DNA of 62,518 nt, filler included, from Globobulimina sp. (GCA_003354225.1; 22 parts of 22 records of this genome joined end to end with filler, not necessarily neighbours in it); one strand, 5' to 3'; shown: positions 1 through 12,549, counted from the whole stretch's first letter. Notes: generated from the letters alone by a model not told the origin. Translations and numbers: made by a program.

Positions 1-207
1 CAAGGGTGAGAAAACAACGACGGATGTACAGGAAACATTAGAAAGTATTCAAAAATATAGTAATTTGGCAGAGCAGAACATGGCAGTAAAGCGTTGCAAA
101 AATTAATGATGAAATTCGGTCAACAACGTAATTATTCGGCACAAGAAGTTATGTTTCATAACTTGGGAATATCATTACCGTATAATGGGTTTCAATTGTA
201 CATGTAA
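1..207 (+). mobile_element. Degenerate Helitron/Helentron Rep-domain C-terminal fragment (frameshifted)
   Basis: Manual translation gives KGEKTTTDVQETLESIQ..., then in a shifted frame ALQKLMMKFGQQRNYSAQEVMFHNLGISLP. This matches the Helitron Rep pattern (Y.SK.E ... R..SAQE...L.G..L). Too short for the ORF track. Confidence 0.55.
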
Positions 208-421
208 TTTTCTTTTTTCAGTAGCAGTAAAATTTCGCATGCACTTATTTGCATACATGTTCATTTCGATGCTAAAGAAATATTTGAAAATTAGATGTAA
301 ACGAAATGAACCCATCCTACGGTAGTGGAACATTTTTTTTTCAAGCAACGAGCAAAACTATGCGCTCAATTTTAATTTAAATACACCACGCGGCTTTCTC
401 AAGAAATTTTGTCAAACAATT

Positions 422-464
422 TGTATACACCGAACATAAAAACACAAACATTTCGGTATATACA
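422..464. repeat. Hairpin with 13-bp arms (1 mismatch), downstream of the RLE ORF
   Basis: TGTATACACCGAA (422-434) and TTCGGTATATACA (452-464). The mismatch would be a G-U pair in the minus-strand RNA. Confidence 0.7.
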
Positions 465-617
465 GAACACAAAACAACAAACTATAAAAACGCTACAAAA
501 CAAAACAAGCGCTATAATATTCAAATAATAAAACGAAAAAAAGAAAAAATGTAAATATTTAATCAAAATATAATACACATAAACTTTAATAATTGATATT
601 ATATATTTATAATTAAT

Positions 618-1738
618 TTATTGTATTGTAAAGTGGTTCTTTAATGATTTGATCATATTTTTCTTAATAAATAATGAAAATTTCGCATAAAAGTTATTTT
701 TTTCAATCATAATATCGTGATTTAATCGCGTCGCTTTATAATTTAATGCTGAATTACATATTTGCTTTACTTTTTTGCTGATTCCTCCAAACCTATCAAA
801 TGCCAATGGTATAAATTTAAAACCATTTAATAAGTCCGCTTCAAATCGATTTTCGTATAATGCTAACTTCTTTTTTTCACCGATTTTCCAGCCATAAAAT
901 GTGTAATATTATTATTCTCCGTGTTTCTCTTATTTTCGTCACTGAATATATCACTTATAATGACGTCCAATATCAATTTACTGTGTTTATCTTTTGCATA
1001 TTCCACAGTATTATAGACCCAAATGTCGGGTTTTTCTTTTCCGTTTCCTTTCTTTCTCGATTTAATTTCATACAAAACATTGCTAAATTCGTCGTCAAAT
1101 AACTTATATAAATAATACGCAATCGCGTCATGCCTAAAATGATGTGCTTTAGGCCCAAATCTACATTTATTCATATGTTCGATCACATTTTCGTTATGTA
1201 TATGTTCATGACATTGATTACAAATTATTTTCTTATTCTTCTCAATCAATGGAAGTCCGTATAATATTCGTATCAATAAATTAAAATCATTATTATTTAT
1301 ATGCATCTCATTCAACCAATCAATCCCAATAATATTATTTAAGAAAGACATTGTTTTATTTGATCGCCTGCCTAACATCGTAATTTTTTGTTTAATGCCC
1401 GCATTATTAAAGATATCGTGATATAATTTACTCTCAATACCATACGTAATACAGTTCATTTTTAATGTGTTATTTGTGTCATATATCATATTATTTTCAT
1501 ATTCTTTCTCTTCATCGACGTCCATTTTTTCTTCGTTGTCGCTCCTTTTTAAGTGTGCCTCTTTTAACATATTTTCAAATAATTTAATATTACATTCAAT
1601 TGTTTCGTGTTCATATTCATATGCAATGATATTTAAATTGTCCAATTCATGGAAAACTTCATCAATTCCAATGTTATATTTTTTTGTCGTATGAGCGTTA
1701 TTCCAATAGATCGCATTTTGTATATTATCTCTGTTAGT
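618..1738 (-). mobile_element. 5'-truncated, frameshifted non-LTR retrotransposon C-terminus (CCHC knuckle + restriction-like endonuclease, CRE/R2-like)
   Basis: CNQC...EHMNKC knuckle, then RHDAI, KPDIWV and LILDVII. After a 1-nt frameshift near 880: GEKKKLALY...FKFIPLAFDRFGG (ORF 618-806). No RT domain is present upstream. Confidence 0.75.
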
Positions 1739-1949
1739 TCAGAAAAAGAAAAATCCGAAAAAAAAAGGGAATATTTGAATTTTCGAGAGGACCAAATTAT
1801 GAAACAACAGATATGAACCAATATCCGAGTATTGATGAAAATAGTTTACGTTATGATTGGATTAAACATTCTGCGAAATATTCACCAAGCCGTTAATGAT
1901 ATCATTGTTGAAATATGGCAATAATCATTGTACATTTTTTAAATGTTGA

Positions 1950-2009
1950 AAAATCATTAAAAAAATCATTACAGTTTATTTATTTATTAATGATTTTTTT
2001 AATGATTTT
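1950..2009. repeat. Perfect 22-bp inverted repeat with a 16-nt loop
   Basis: AAAATCATTAAAAAAATCATTA (1950-1971) is the exact reverse complement of 1988-2009. Confidence 0.85.
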
Positions 2010-2748
2010 GTCAAAAATTGGGTATTTGAGGCATTTTTGATGATGAAAAAATTTGCATTTTTTCGATGGGCCGGGGAGACATATTTGACTTAGGTACTTT
2101 TTGGCGTTTGCACAAATATGCAAAACACACAAAAAAATATATAAAACCTCTGTCTTTGATACAAATACAGGTTAAAACATGATTTTTTTTGTTTGTGCGA
2201 TTTTTCTTTGGTTTTTGGTGTTTTTTTTGGTAGAATTTAATATTGTACCAATGAATAATAAAATAACTCACGAAGTGAGGCCAGGGTATGCAACATAAGC
2301 ACCTCCTGCATTGCAATACTCCCGTCACTAATAAATACACAGACAAAAAACAAAAAAGTGAACTCAGCCATTAAAGACATGAAGAGTTGATGAATTGAGA
2401 AAGTTTTACTGATAAAAACAGCAAAAATATTCCCAATCAAATTAATTATGTTTACCAATGTATCCTATAACAATAATAATATGTGTATATATATCGTCAA
2501 AGTTAAAACAGAGACCAAACATCATGTCTCTCTTTACTTGACAAAAGCTGCTGCAAAATAAAATTGGTTTAAACTGGTTCGCATAGCTTTGTTTATTCAA
2601 TAACATACTGTAATAGTTTGAATTAGAAAAATCATTGTTTTTTCACTGAAAAACATACTTTTCATCGAAAATACACAGTTTGCATTGAAATGGCACTGAT
2701 TTTACACACTTTTCATATTCTGTGAATTTCATTGAAAAACATGCATTG

Positions 2749-2848
2749 NNNNNNNNNNNNNNNNNNNNNNNNNNNNNNNNNNNNNNNNNNNNTTAATTAA
2801 TTAANNNNNNNNNNNNNNNNNNNNNNNNNNNNNNNNNNNNNNNNNNNN
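2749..2848. other. Artificial contig linker (44 N + TTAATTAATTAA + 44 N); first of 21 copies
   Basis: Identical 100-nt spacers start at 2749, 5596, 8443, 11290, 14137, 16984, 19831, 22678, 25525, 28371, 31217, 34063, 36909, 39755, 42601, 45447, 48293, 51139, 53985, 56830 and 59675. TTAATTAATTAA gives stops in all six frames. Segment lengths fall steadily from 2748 to 2744 nt. Confidence 0.98.
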
Positions 2849-3682
2849 GTGTGGCATAGAAATATGATCTTCTGTGGAATATTTTTTTATGGCAGCACAT
2901 TTTGCCCGAAAATCTCCGGTTGTGAGAATTGAAATCAGTCTATTCGCATTTTCGATACCCTGGTCTTTCGTTTGGTCCAAATCAGACAAACGCTGAAATA
3001 CGTAATTTATGCGCGAGTTTACTGCGCTTACTTCATCGCGCAACTTTGCAATATGATGCAAGGAATGTTGGATGTTTTTAACGTGTAAAGTTTCCAAAAG
3101 AGTCAATTTTTTGTATACTTTATCGATGCGTTTTACGTTGGTCTTATCGATGCTGTCCATATTTAGCCAGATTCCTTTTGTGTGTTTTTGAGTATTATAG
3201 AAACGGATTTATTTAACATAATTTGTGTATATGTTACCTTGTAATGTATTGGAGATGGAGCTCCATACTTTTTTCTGTCGATCTTGAATCTCTGTGGTCG
3301 ATAATTTGTGGATAGATTCGGATTTTATTGGCGGAGGAAGTGGTGGTTGGCATTCTGTTTCTGGCTGTTTTATATTGTGTTGTTGCTGTTGCCTTTGTTG
3401 GTGAATGTAAAGTTGTTGTAAATATTCTTGTTGTTCGGGTGCAATTTCGTCTGTTTCTGGCGGAACTACATATTATAAACAAACAAATTCAATGAAAAAT
3501 CCAGAAATTTCGTAGGAAAACGCACAAGATTCTATAAGTTCAGGGTCTAATTCTTCGGAATCATCTAATAATTGATTTGCGAGTTTAGATGTAGATAATA
3601 ATTGAATACATTGATGCTGGACGCAATTAACATTGATTATATTCAATGATTTGGTGCGGATTTGGTTTATAACTCGGAACAT
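2849..3682 (-). CDS. Spliced hypothetical protein, 3'-partial, possibly with a mitochondrial targeting peptide
   Basis: Removing GT-AG introns 3466-3525 and 3175-3237 gives one frame: MFRVINQIRTKS...ELIESF/PPETDEIAPEQQ...TLQG/IWLNMDSIDK. It runs into the linker. Confidence 0.7.
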
Positions 3683-3788
3683 ATTCACTTGTGAAATATG
3701 CAACTGAAACTCAAGTTTTTTTTTTAAAATCTTCCATTGTCATCGTAGTCTGACGTTTATTTGCAAATACTTATTTAATCGCAACATC

Positions 3789-4331
3789 ATGTCTAAAAAA
3801 TGGAGATTTGGCGAGCATGGCTCTCGGGATAAGCACTTTTCTATTCATGAACATAATTTGCATGGATCATTTGATGATAAATGTAAACCGCCGGGCTTTG
3901 TACGCGGAGATATTGATGGCTCAGGAAGTGGCTCATCAGGTCGTGGCAAGGATGATCGTAAAGCAATATTAATGAAACAAGCCTGGGCCAAAGCAAAATC
4001 GCCAGGAAAACAGATTTTGATGAGCGGTTTAATGATGTGGCTCTCTGGCAGCACCATGTCAATATTTACATTGATGATGATGACCATGGTAATGATCAAT
4101 CCAATCACGGCATTATTTGGTGTACAATCTGCATTTGCAAGATATGAATCGAAAGAAAATTCAAAAGCATTATGGTTACCAAAACTTGCATATATTTTCC
4201 TTAATTTACTTTGTGTTGGTATTGGGGTTTGGAAATTAAATGTGTTGGGATTATTACCCACCGGAGAACATATACCACCTACGGTTAAGGCGCCAGAGTA
4301 TATGGAATATTCCATTGGATTTATGACATAA
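3789..4331 (+). CDS. EMC4: ER membrane protein complex subunit 4 (TMEM85/DUF1077)
   Basis: PPGF...KQAWAKAKSPGKQILMSGLMMWLSGSTMSIFTLMM...WKLNVLGLLPT are the EMC4 hallmark motifs. Confidence 0.92.
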   Translation: MSKKWRFGEHGSRDKHFSIHEHNLHGSFDDKCKPPGFVRGDIDGSGSGSSGRGKDDRKAILMKQAWAKAKSPGKQILMSGLMMWLSGSTMSIFTLMMMTMVMINPITALFGVQSAFARYESKENSKALWLPKLAYIFLNLLCVGIGVWKLNVLGLLPTGEHIPPTVKAPEYMEYSIGFMT

Positions 4332-4429
4332 TTCTCTAGTGGATATAACTTGATTTGTGCAAGGATGTGTTTAAATGATGAATAAACTTCGTCTTTTTCC
4401 TAAAACTTCAGGTTGTTGACGGCTGTTAA

Positions 4430-5443
4430 ATGAGTCACACTCAACCATTATTAGAGCAAGAAGAGGTAAAATTGCAACATATAAATGAGCAATCCACCAC
4501 AATGGTGACTGCGCATCAGCCATCAATAAATGCTCCAAACTTAACAACGAAATATATAGTAGAAACGCAACAAAATAAATCATTTGCAATGGGTTCACAA
4601 ACACACATTAATGTATTGAATCAATTATTAGGTCGGGATTTTTGCAAAATTCTATTTTGTATGTCTTTGTTTTTATCAATCGGCGTTTTATTTTATTTGT
4701 TAACATCGATCTTTTATTTTCTAACTGTTTTTGGTGTCATTGGATTAATTATTGGCATATTAATCGAATCAAAAAATAAAAAAACAAAAAACATATTCAA
4801 ACCAATTGGAACCTATAAACAAGTGACAACCGCAGATTTAGATAATTTATGGAATAAATATAACGAAAACGAAATGAAAGAGAAATATGTATTATATTAC
4901 AAAACCGATTTCTATGACTTCAAGATTTCGAAATTAATATACAAACAAAATGGATCAAATCGCGTTTATATCGAAAGAAATAATCGAAATACAGTAGTTG
5001 TAGAAAAAAGACATTTTAAAGATTGGATCAATTATTTGGGATTTGAATGTGGCGGAGGTTTTGGTATTTTTTTGGCCTGGCTCGTATTTTACGTATTGTT
5101 ATGTGTTCGAGTCGCATCTTCTTTTTTTATTGGGGAAGCGAGCATATTTAATGGAAATAGGTTTGAATGGCAGCAATATGCCACGAATTTTAATTATATG
5201 TTTGCTCAAAAATATTTGTTTATGTGCTTTATTATGTCGATAGTATTTGGTTTTGGTTTTGCTTTATTTGAGTTAACACTCAGAAAATGGAATTATATCA
5301 CTTGCGAATGCAACACAGTCACGGTTTCATATTTTATACCTTTGCATAGAATCAATGGATTAATTTGTCAGAGTGTTGGCCACCAAGCCATTACACAGCC
5401 GTTCATTTTTAAACAACCGGTTCAAAAACACGGTCACAATTAG
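4430..5443 (+). CDS. Hypothetical multi-pass membrane protein (337 aa)
   Basis: Long ATG-started ORF with about four hydrophobic segments; no family recognised. Confidence 0.65.
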   Translation: MSHTQPLLEQEEVKLQHINEQSTTMVTAHQPSINAPNLTTKYIVETQQNKSFAMGSQTHINVLNQLLGRDFCKILFCMSLFLSIGVLFYLLTSIFYFLTVFGVIGLIIGILIESKNKKTKNIFKPIGTYKQVTTADLDNLWNKYNENEMKEKYVLYYKTDFYDFKISKLIYKQNGSNRVYIERNNRNTVVVEKRHFKDWINYLGFECGGGFGIFLAWLVFYVLLCVRVASSFFIGEASIFNGNRFEWQQYATNFNYMFAQKYLFMCFIMSIVFGFGFALFELTLRKWNYITCECNTVTVSYFIPLHRINGLICQSVGHQAITQPFIFKQPVQKHGHN

Positions 5444-5695
5444 TAAAATGACATGAAAATGTAAGTAGGTGGTCCGGTAGAGTGTTTTTTCACGATTTCA
5501 AACATGTTCATGATTTTTGAAAAAAATATTGTTTTCCCTCCCTTACCGGCCCTTTACTGTCAATAATTGGCCTAAATCACCAAAAAAGTGGACGTNNNNN
5601 NNNNNNNNNNNNNNNNNNNNNNNNNNNNNNNNNNNNNNNTTAATTAATTAANNNNNNNNNNNNNNNNNNNNNNNNNNNNNNNNNNNNNNNNNNNN

Positions 5696-6456
5696 ACGAA
5701 GGTGGTGCAGAACAAAGGGCTTTCGACGTATCCGGGAGCGCAGGCGATTCGATCACTGCCCGATTTGCCGTACACCCAATTGGCATTCTTGGTGATTCTA
5801 TAGTACCATCTGTATGAGGGATCGTCTTGGTTTACCCAATAGGTTCGATTGGAATTACACACACTGGGGTCCTGTGTGCAGGTCTCTGTGGGCGAGACGG
5901 AGCGCATGAAACCATTCAATATGTACTTGTTGACGGTCATTATGTTGTTATTTGTGGTTTCTATGGTCATTTCGAAATTATCCATGCACATATTAGTGTT
6001 GCATTGGCCGCTGGTAATGCCAACAGGGAGAATGGGGAATTGCACGCTGTTATAACCCCAGAACCATCGGTATTTCGTACAATCCAGGATGTCATCTTCG
6101 AAACAGGTCAATTTAATTTTGTCATCGTCGATGGTGACGGTGTTTGGTGAGGCGTTTGAGGTTAGCACCCAGCCGACATTTGTGATTTTAAATATGTAAT
6201 TTGCGACAGATTCTTTATAATTTGTGTGTTTATAGATTGCTGAATCAAAGTCTACAGATAATGCAGATTGTGTGTCGCTGACAGTTATTGCAGTAAAGGT
6301 GCCCATTAAAGTTGTAAAGGTGTCATCTTGCGTGGCGGCGAATGGTTCTACGACATCGCCATATAAATTGTCGCCAATGAAACAGATTTTGGAAGGTTGC
6401 GATTGAGATTGAGTTAATATGAATACTAGTAACAACAGTTGTAGTGTCGCTGTCAT
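5696..6456 (-). CDS. Secreted Cys/Trp-containing protein, 3'-partial
   Basis: Signal peptide MTATLQLLLLVFILTQSQS and two similar Cys/Trp modules; the ORF runs into the linker. Confidence 0.65.
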
Positions 6457-6859
6457 GATCGCTTAAAAAAAAACACTCTCTCGGTCTCAGAAATGTGAAA
6501 AACCTGTCAGAATCGGGAAAGAAAATAGGTAACATTTAAAGTTGTTTCCATTAATTTAATTATATAACGCACGCACATGTTCAATTCAACAGTTTTTAAC
6601 TCAACACAAAATATTACATAATTAATTAATGCTAATCACACCATTGATTGGAAAAAGAATTGCAAACACAACAAAACAAAAATAAAGCTAAGCAATTATC
6701 ATTGATGTAAACATAAATGGAATCTTTCATTCATAATATATGCATACTATATACCTAAAAAATATAATTGCAAAAGATATCCATTTCCTTTTTTTACATC
6801 AATTCGATCTCAAAAAATGTCAAAGCATGCAACGAATGCAAAAATGTCAAACAAAAGAA

Positions 6860-7830
6860 TTAAACATTGTTATTGTGTGATGTTGATGGCGGTGACATAT
6901 TATAATCAATATAACGATTATATGTTTGTTCAATGCTGTTGCTGCTCGCAATTGATACGGTTTCCGGTGGAGAGGAAATATGTTCATCGACATCTAAATC
7001 TAAATATATTTGTGTTACTGATCCGTTATCATACTGATCCGTACCAATATGTTTTGTTTTTGATACAATTTCCAATTCATCCTCTTCCATCTCATGTGAA
7101 TGAATGGTATTATTCATAGTATTTGCATCTGATGAATTTATTAATAACAGTATTTAAAGCAAGCAAGCAAAAAGAAAGAAATACGCATACAAATAGCAGT
7201 GGGATCGATGGTAGCATTGCTTATTGTTCTTGTTCGTTTTGATTGTGGACTAAATAAATATGCTGGATTAACGCTTATAGATCGAGTGTTATTTGGAATG
7301 GTTGGGAAATAATTCTGTGTTGATCCATAATCAATGTATACTCCCTTTGCTTTTGTCAATGATTCTTCCTTCGAATTCGAATTCATTTCGTGATATAAAG
7401 CGTTTTCATGCTGCAATATGTTAACTTGTTGCTGTAAATTCAAAGTGATTTGTTTTAATGATTTTATTTCGTTGTGTAATGGCCTTAGAATATCTTGAAA
7501 CTGCTGTAATATGTCATTAATAGCCATGTTATTTTTGTTATTTTTGTTATTTTGGTTGTTATGAATCTCATTTTTATGTTCAAATTTACTCTCTGTAATT
7601 GATTCAAAACGGCGAGTTATCCTTTTTTTGACTTTACCTTTTTTGCCTTTGCTGTTATCGTTATTTAAATCGAGTTTAGCAAAATGTGGATGATATTCCT
7701 TACGATCTGCTGTGTGGCTTCTTTTTCGTGTCAATGATCTTTTATTTGTTTTTAATACGGATGATTCCCGACGAATATGATAACTTCTTCCGGTTGATGT
7801 GGATTGAGGGGAATTTTGTGGTGATGTCAT
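6860..7830 (-). CDS. Spliced low-complexity/coiled-coil hypothetical protein
   Basis: ORFs 7141-7836 and 6860-7117 join in frame (DPTAIY/ANTMNN) through GT-AG intron 7129-7190. Confidence 0.7.
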
Positions 7831-8585
7831 TATCAAATAAGTTCCAACTGGTTCGTCTGTGACTGAATGAAGAAATTGAAATTTAGAAAGGTTTGATTTT
7901 TTTAACTTTTCAGAAACGCTTATTTTTATATCATGGCAAACTTAGGTACATTGTTAAACCACGCATTATAGAATGTCGCCGGGCATTGTTGTTGAGTGGA
8001 CAGTATAATTTCGTTTATAGGCGTTGTTAGAAAGTCAGAGTTTAGGTAAGGTAAGATTTTAGTTTAAACAATAAAAACATTTTAAAAACTTTACAACAAA
8101 CAATGGGCTCGTCTATAGATCATTACATTAGATTATATTTGGAAATTATTTCTAAAATTTCATTTTTTATTAGAAAATTTGTCTGATTATTTTTCTAACT
8201 CAGAAAAGTATTTTCTGACTGTTTTCTGATGTTTTCTAGTACAAAATTAGAAAAACGAAACTGTAGCCACACTTGTGAAGTTTTTCAAATGCGCAGAACT
8301 TCAAATTTCTCTTTTTGTTGACAGAAAAATAGCCAATCGCCAAACAACGCCAGAAACCAGTCCTCCTATCATATATGAACTCATTCCACAAGTTATCGCG
8401 CTACTTGACAAGGCCAAAGAGAAGATGTATACAATGATCTATNNNNNNNNNNNNNNNNNNNNNNNNNNNNNNNNNNNNNNNNNNNNTTAATTAATTAANN
8501 NNNNNNNNNNNNNNNNNNNNNNNNNNNNNNNNNNNNNNNNNNCAAACCGGCAGCGCCAAATATAAAACAGAGAAGCTCTGATCCA

Positions 8586-11183
8586 ATGTACGCTAAACCA
8601 TCAAATCGAATATATGGGTTTAATGAAGCTGCGGATTACTTAACACAATCACCACAACAACAACAACAACAACAACTAACAATGTCTAATAATAATAACA
8701 ATACTAATCTTAATGCAGCATTTTCAATGCCTATGATCCGTAATCAGTGCAGTCCCGATCCTCCGCCACCTATGAATGGATACTACAATAATAATGCGAA
8801 TCAAACGCATAATCATAATGTTAATGGATACTATAATACTCAGAATGTGAATGGGAGTATGAGTATAAGCAATGGCTTGGACGATAATATTAGTTTAAGT
8901 AGTTTGGGCAGCCAACCTCAGCCAAATAGTAGCAACAACTGCAACAACTGTAACAACATTGCCATGCATCAATTAATGAGCACACAATCAGTGCCCCAAC
9001 AAAATTATGCAATGAATAATGAGTACATACAACAATATCCGCAACAGATACAGCAACAATTCCAATATGCAATGAGTGCCACCAATGTGAATGGTGGGGG
9101 CGGACATATACGTAACCAGTCACCCAGCACATACCAACAATTTACATCACAAATCAATGCACAAAATGCATTACCCCAAAATGTTAACGCCGGCATGGTT
9201 CAGAGACAAAGAGGACTCTCTTCGCACTCACAACATAGCAATGGCAGCAATATAGCACAAATCGGGAATGTAAGCAATATCAACGGCACATCCATACAAC
9301 GTTCGTCCTCCCAACAATCAAACGCCTCTACAAAATCGACCAGTGCCACGCCGAAATTACCGCCGGTTCCTGAACCCAAAACAGTGCATGCGGGCGCCTC
9401 CATTGATACTGTTCAACAAACCATAACCTACACTTACAACAATAATAATATTACAAACACAAACAATCCGAACCAACCCACAACAGTTTATCGCAGTATA
9501 TCCCCGCCCAAATCAACAACGCCGCCCACACCGCCACCCGTCATTGGCATACAGGGCCATAATGAGCAACCAATGCAACATCAGCAACATGCACAGCATA
9601 GGCAGCCACTGCATAACATAAACAATAATAATAACATCAACAATATCAGTAATAACACAATACCGCACCTGCCCAGCTATACCAATCCAAAGAGTCGATC
9701 GCCATCTCCCGCGCCGCAATTAATGCACAATAACTCAGATACCTCTCATAAAAGCAACAAAAGCAATAAAAGTGACAAAACAAAGGAAGTCAAAGAGAAA
9801 GCCAAGGAGAAAAGTGGCGGATTGATCGCATTGGACTCTCTGAACAAGAAAAGTTCCGCCACGGAGATATTCCGCGTGACCCTGAAATTGACGGTGGACG
9901 AATTGATTCAGGAATTTGTAAAAAGAAACAAACCGTACAATAAGTCTGATGGCAAGAATGGTTTGGCGAGGAAATTAGTGAACATTTTGAAGGAGGAAGT
10001 GAAGGAAATGAAGGAGACCAAAGAAGGTACCACCTCACCCGTTGTGATACAACAAACTAATCTGGAAATACCACATAAAAAAGAGCAGACACCGGATAGT
10101 GTATTTAGTATGAAATCCGCCAGTGTGGAATCGATGATATCCATTGATACGGCGGAGAAATTGAACAAAAAAAGGGATTCTGGGCGAGAATCTGCGCTCA
10201 GATTGACCAACTACGACAGCGGCAATTCCAATGAGAATGACCTGTATGATTATAATAAGTACACCAATAAGGGAGATATGCACAATCGTACGGGTACCAC
10301 TGTGGTGCATCCGTCCTATGCCACTTTACCGACTGTGGTGAACCGGCAATTATCCAATGACAAGAAAAGGACATTGGCGGTCACGCATCAAATGAGTAAC
10401 GGGCATGCACTCAATGGACATGTATCGAATTACAGCAGTGATAGCAACATGAGCAACATGTCGCGAATGACTATGGGCAGCTCCTTCTTGACGTACAATT
10501 CGAGTGCATTGGGATATGGCTATGACGATCGCGACGGTGTAGCATTACAGACTGAACCAAAGGAGGCATTGCCGAGTGTCAATGCGTTGAAGTTACCCTT
10601 TGAGATCGAAGAGTTGTTATTGCCGTCGGCCAGTAATGATATTGTGTTTGATGGCGATGTATTGAATCAAATTAGTATCAAACAGCTGGAACTGCACAAT
10701 GAATATATCGATTTTGTCAAACGTAAATACGAATTGTTACAGTTGCGGTTCGCGACCTTGGAGGCGGAATATAAGGATGACGACAGTAAGAATAATAAGA
10801 ATGGGCAGTTTATAGAGATCAAAATCATGGAAGAGAATGGTATCAAGGATAAGATCAACAAGAAACGGAATGAGTTGCAGGAGAAGTTTGGGGAATGGCT
10901 GTCGGATCGGGAGCAAATAGCTCAGTTAAAATCGCGAATTGAAAAGAAAAGATCGACCTCAACCTCGGCGGACAAATTACCTGCTTTTGATGCACAATTA
11001 GAATTTGAAAACGATGCGCAATTTAAATCTTTAATGGCATCACAGTTATCAGAGCACGATAAGCGTGAATGTAAAATTAAAATCCAAAGTTATAGGAAAG
11101 AAATGATGGACAATTATAAGAAATTCTATGTACAAACTTTGCAAATTTATAAAGATAAACAACTGAAAATGCAACAAATGTAG
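8586..11183 (+). CDS. Q/N/P-rich disordered protein with a possible SAP/HeH motif and C-terminal coiled coil (may be 5'-partial)
   Basis: 865-aa ORF. LTVDELIQEFVKRNKPYNKSDGKNGLARKL resembles a SAP helix-extension-helix. Confidence 0.7.
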   Translation: MYAKPSNRIYGFNEAADYLTQSPQQQQQQQLTMSNNNNNTNLNAAFSMPMIRNQCSPDPPPPMNGYYNNNANQTHNHNVNGYYNTQNVNGSMSISNGLDDNISLSSLGSQPQPNSSNNCNNCNNIAMHQLMSTQSVPQQNYAMNNEYIQQYPQQIQQQFQYAMSATNVNGGGGHIRNQSPSTYQQFTSQINAQNALPQNVNAGMVQRQRGLSSHSQHSNGSNIAQIGNVSNINGTSIQRSSSQQSNASTKSTSATPKLPPVPEPKTVHAGASIDTVQQTITYTYNNNNITNTNNPNQPTTVYRSISPPKSTTPPTPPPVIGIQGHNEQPMQHQQHAQHRQPLHNINNNNNINNISNNTIPHLPSYTNPKSRSPSPAPQLMHNNSDTSHKSNKSNKSDKTKEVKEKAKEKSGGLIALDSLNKKSSATEIFRVTLKLTVDELIQEFVKRNKPYNKSDGKNGLARKLVNILKEEVKEMKETKEGTTSPVVIQQTNLEIPHKKEQTPDSVFSMKSASVESMISIDTAEKLNKKRDSGRESALRLTNYDSGNSNENDLYDYNKYTNKGDMHNRTGTTVVHPSYATLPTVVNRQLSNDKKRTLAVTHQMSNGHALNGHVSNYSSDSNMSNMSRMTMGSSFLTYNSSALGYGYDDRDGVALQTEPKEALPSVNALKLPFEIEELLLPSASNDIVFDGDVLNQISIKQLELHNEYIDFVKRKYELLQLRFATLEAEYKDDDSKNNKNGQFIEIKIMEENGIKDKINKKRNELQEKFGEWLSDREQIAQLKSRIEKKRSTSTSADKLPAFDAQLEFENDAQFKSLMASQLSEHDKRECKIKIQSYRKEMMDNYKKFYVQTLQIYKDKQLKMQQM

Positions 11184-11389
11184 TCTTTGATATATCTTTC
11201 TGATATCTTTCTATCTTTTTCTTTTTTCTCTCCTCATATAAGTGTGTCGTTTGTCGATCACTCCAAATGTAATAATGCAACATTTTAATNNNNNNNNNNN
11301 NNNNNNNNNNNNNNNNNNNNNNNNNNNNNNNNNTTAATTAATTAANNNNNNNNNNNNNNNNNNNNNNNNNNNNNNNNNNNNNNNNNNNN

Positions 11390-12549
11390 ATCATATCCAA
11401 CTGTTTCTGTTTCCATTCAATCCAAGAATATAATCTTTCACTTGACCAATACGCTCCAGTCGACATTAATACTCCTTTCTTACACAAATCAAAAGCAGTC
11501 ATCACAAATCCTGTGGTATCCGTTAAATTTACCAAAACATGTTCTGGATGGCCTCTGTGATGAATTGCTTTCAAACAAGTCTCCAAAAGTGTGGCATTCA
11601 AAACCTCCTCGCTCCAGACTTTAACCAAATGCTCCCAATTTGCATAATATTTGCTGTCATCCACAGTGTTCGCTCCATAAAATATCAAGCATTTAACCCC
11701 ATGCTCGATAGAGTCAGTTACAAACGATTCCAATTTATTTTCAAAATGAAGGTTTGCCTGCAATGTCTGGTCCGGCATTTTATGCAATCTTTCGACGGTG
11801 AAAGGATTCATTAAATGCAGACAAAACAACAAATCAAAATTCGATATTATAATATCAATGGGAACCGGCAATCCATTGATTATATGTGGTGCTGGATAAT
11901 AGCCACATTGTTGGACCTTACCGCCGAAAAACGTGAGATTATAATCAACGAAGTGTCTATAGATGAGTGGGTCGCGCTGTTTGCTGATTGATTTGTTTAT
12001 AGTTTGATAGTAAATATTATCACTGAATGGTCGAAGTTTCAATGCAAAATCCGCTCTGATTAATGTCAAATTGAAATCAAAACTCAATCTGTTTTTATAC
12101 TGCCGATACTTGTTTGGTTTTAACGAGCTAGTTTTGTCTGAATTGTACTCTGTGAATATCCATAATAAGTAAATATATAAATTTTCTACCGTGGAATCAC
12201 CGGCAATCCATATATTTTGGCCACTAAATGTCGCTATCATAAGCTTAACGGTTAAATGCGGAAATGTAAAATTTCTAAATCGTTTTTCGATAATTAGCTT
12301 ATGTTTAACATGTGAATAATCACTCTGTGACAGTTGCGTTATGTAAGAATTGATTATTGATTGCATTTCGGTTAAAGATAATGTAACGTGGTGTTTGATG
12401 ATTGGTGGGATTGATACTGGTGTAATGTAATTAATTTCTGTTGCCAAATTATTAGTAGTTGCAATATTCGCGTTTATCAGGTTGGTAACAATACTTATAA
12501 TACAAGCAACAACAATAAACAACAATATCAGATTAGAATTGTTCAACAT
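11390..12549 (-). CDS. Type II membrane SGNH/GDS(L)-like esterase or acyltransferase (PC-esterase-like), 3'-partial
   Basis: N-terminal signal anchor and an IWIAGDST block-I motif. Confidence 0.55.

Noticed and set aside
2636-2748. Degenerate TTTCANTGAAA repeats (and TTTTCTRA repeats at about 8140-8255)
   Set aside because: Too degenerate and AT-rich to separate from background without genome-wide counts.
5461-5557. Possible MITE with CCGGTA/TACCGG ends
   Set aside because: The inverted match is short and imperfect, with no target-site duplication and no second copy in the window.
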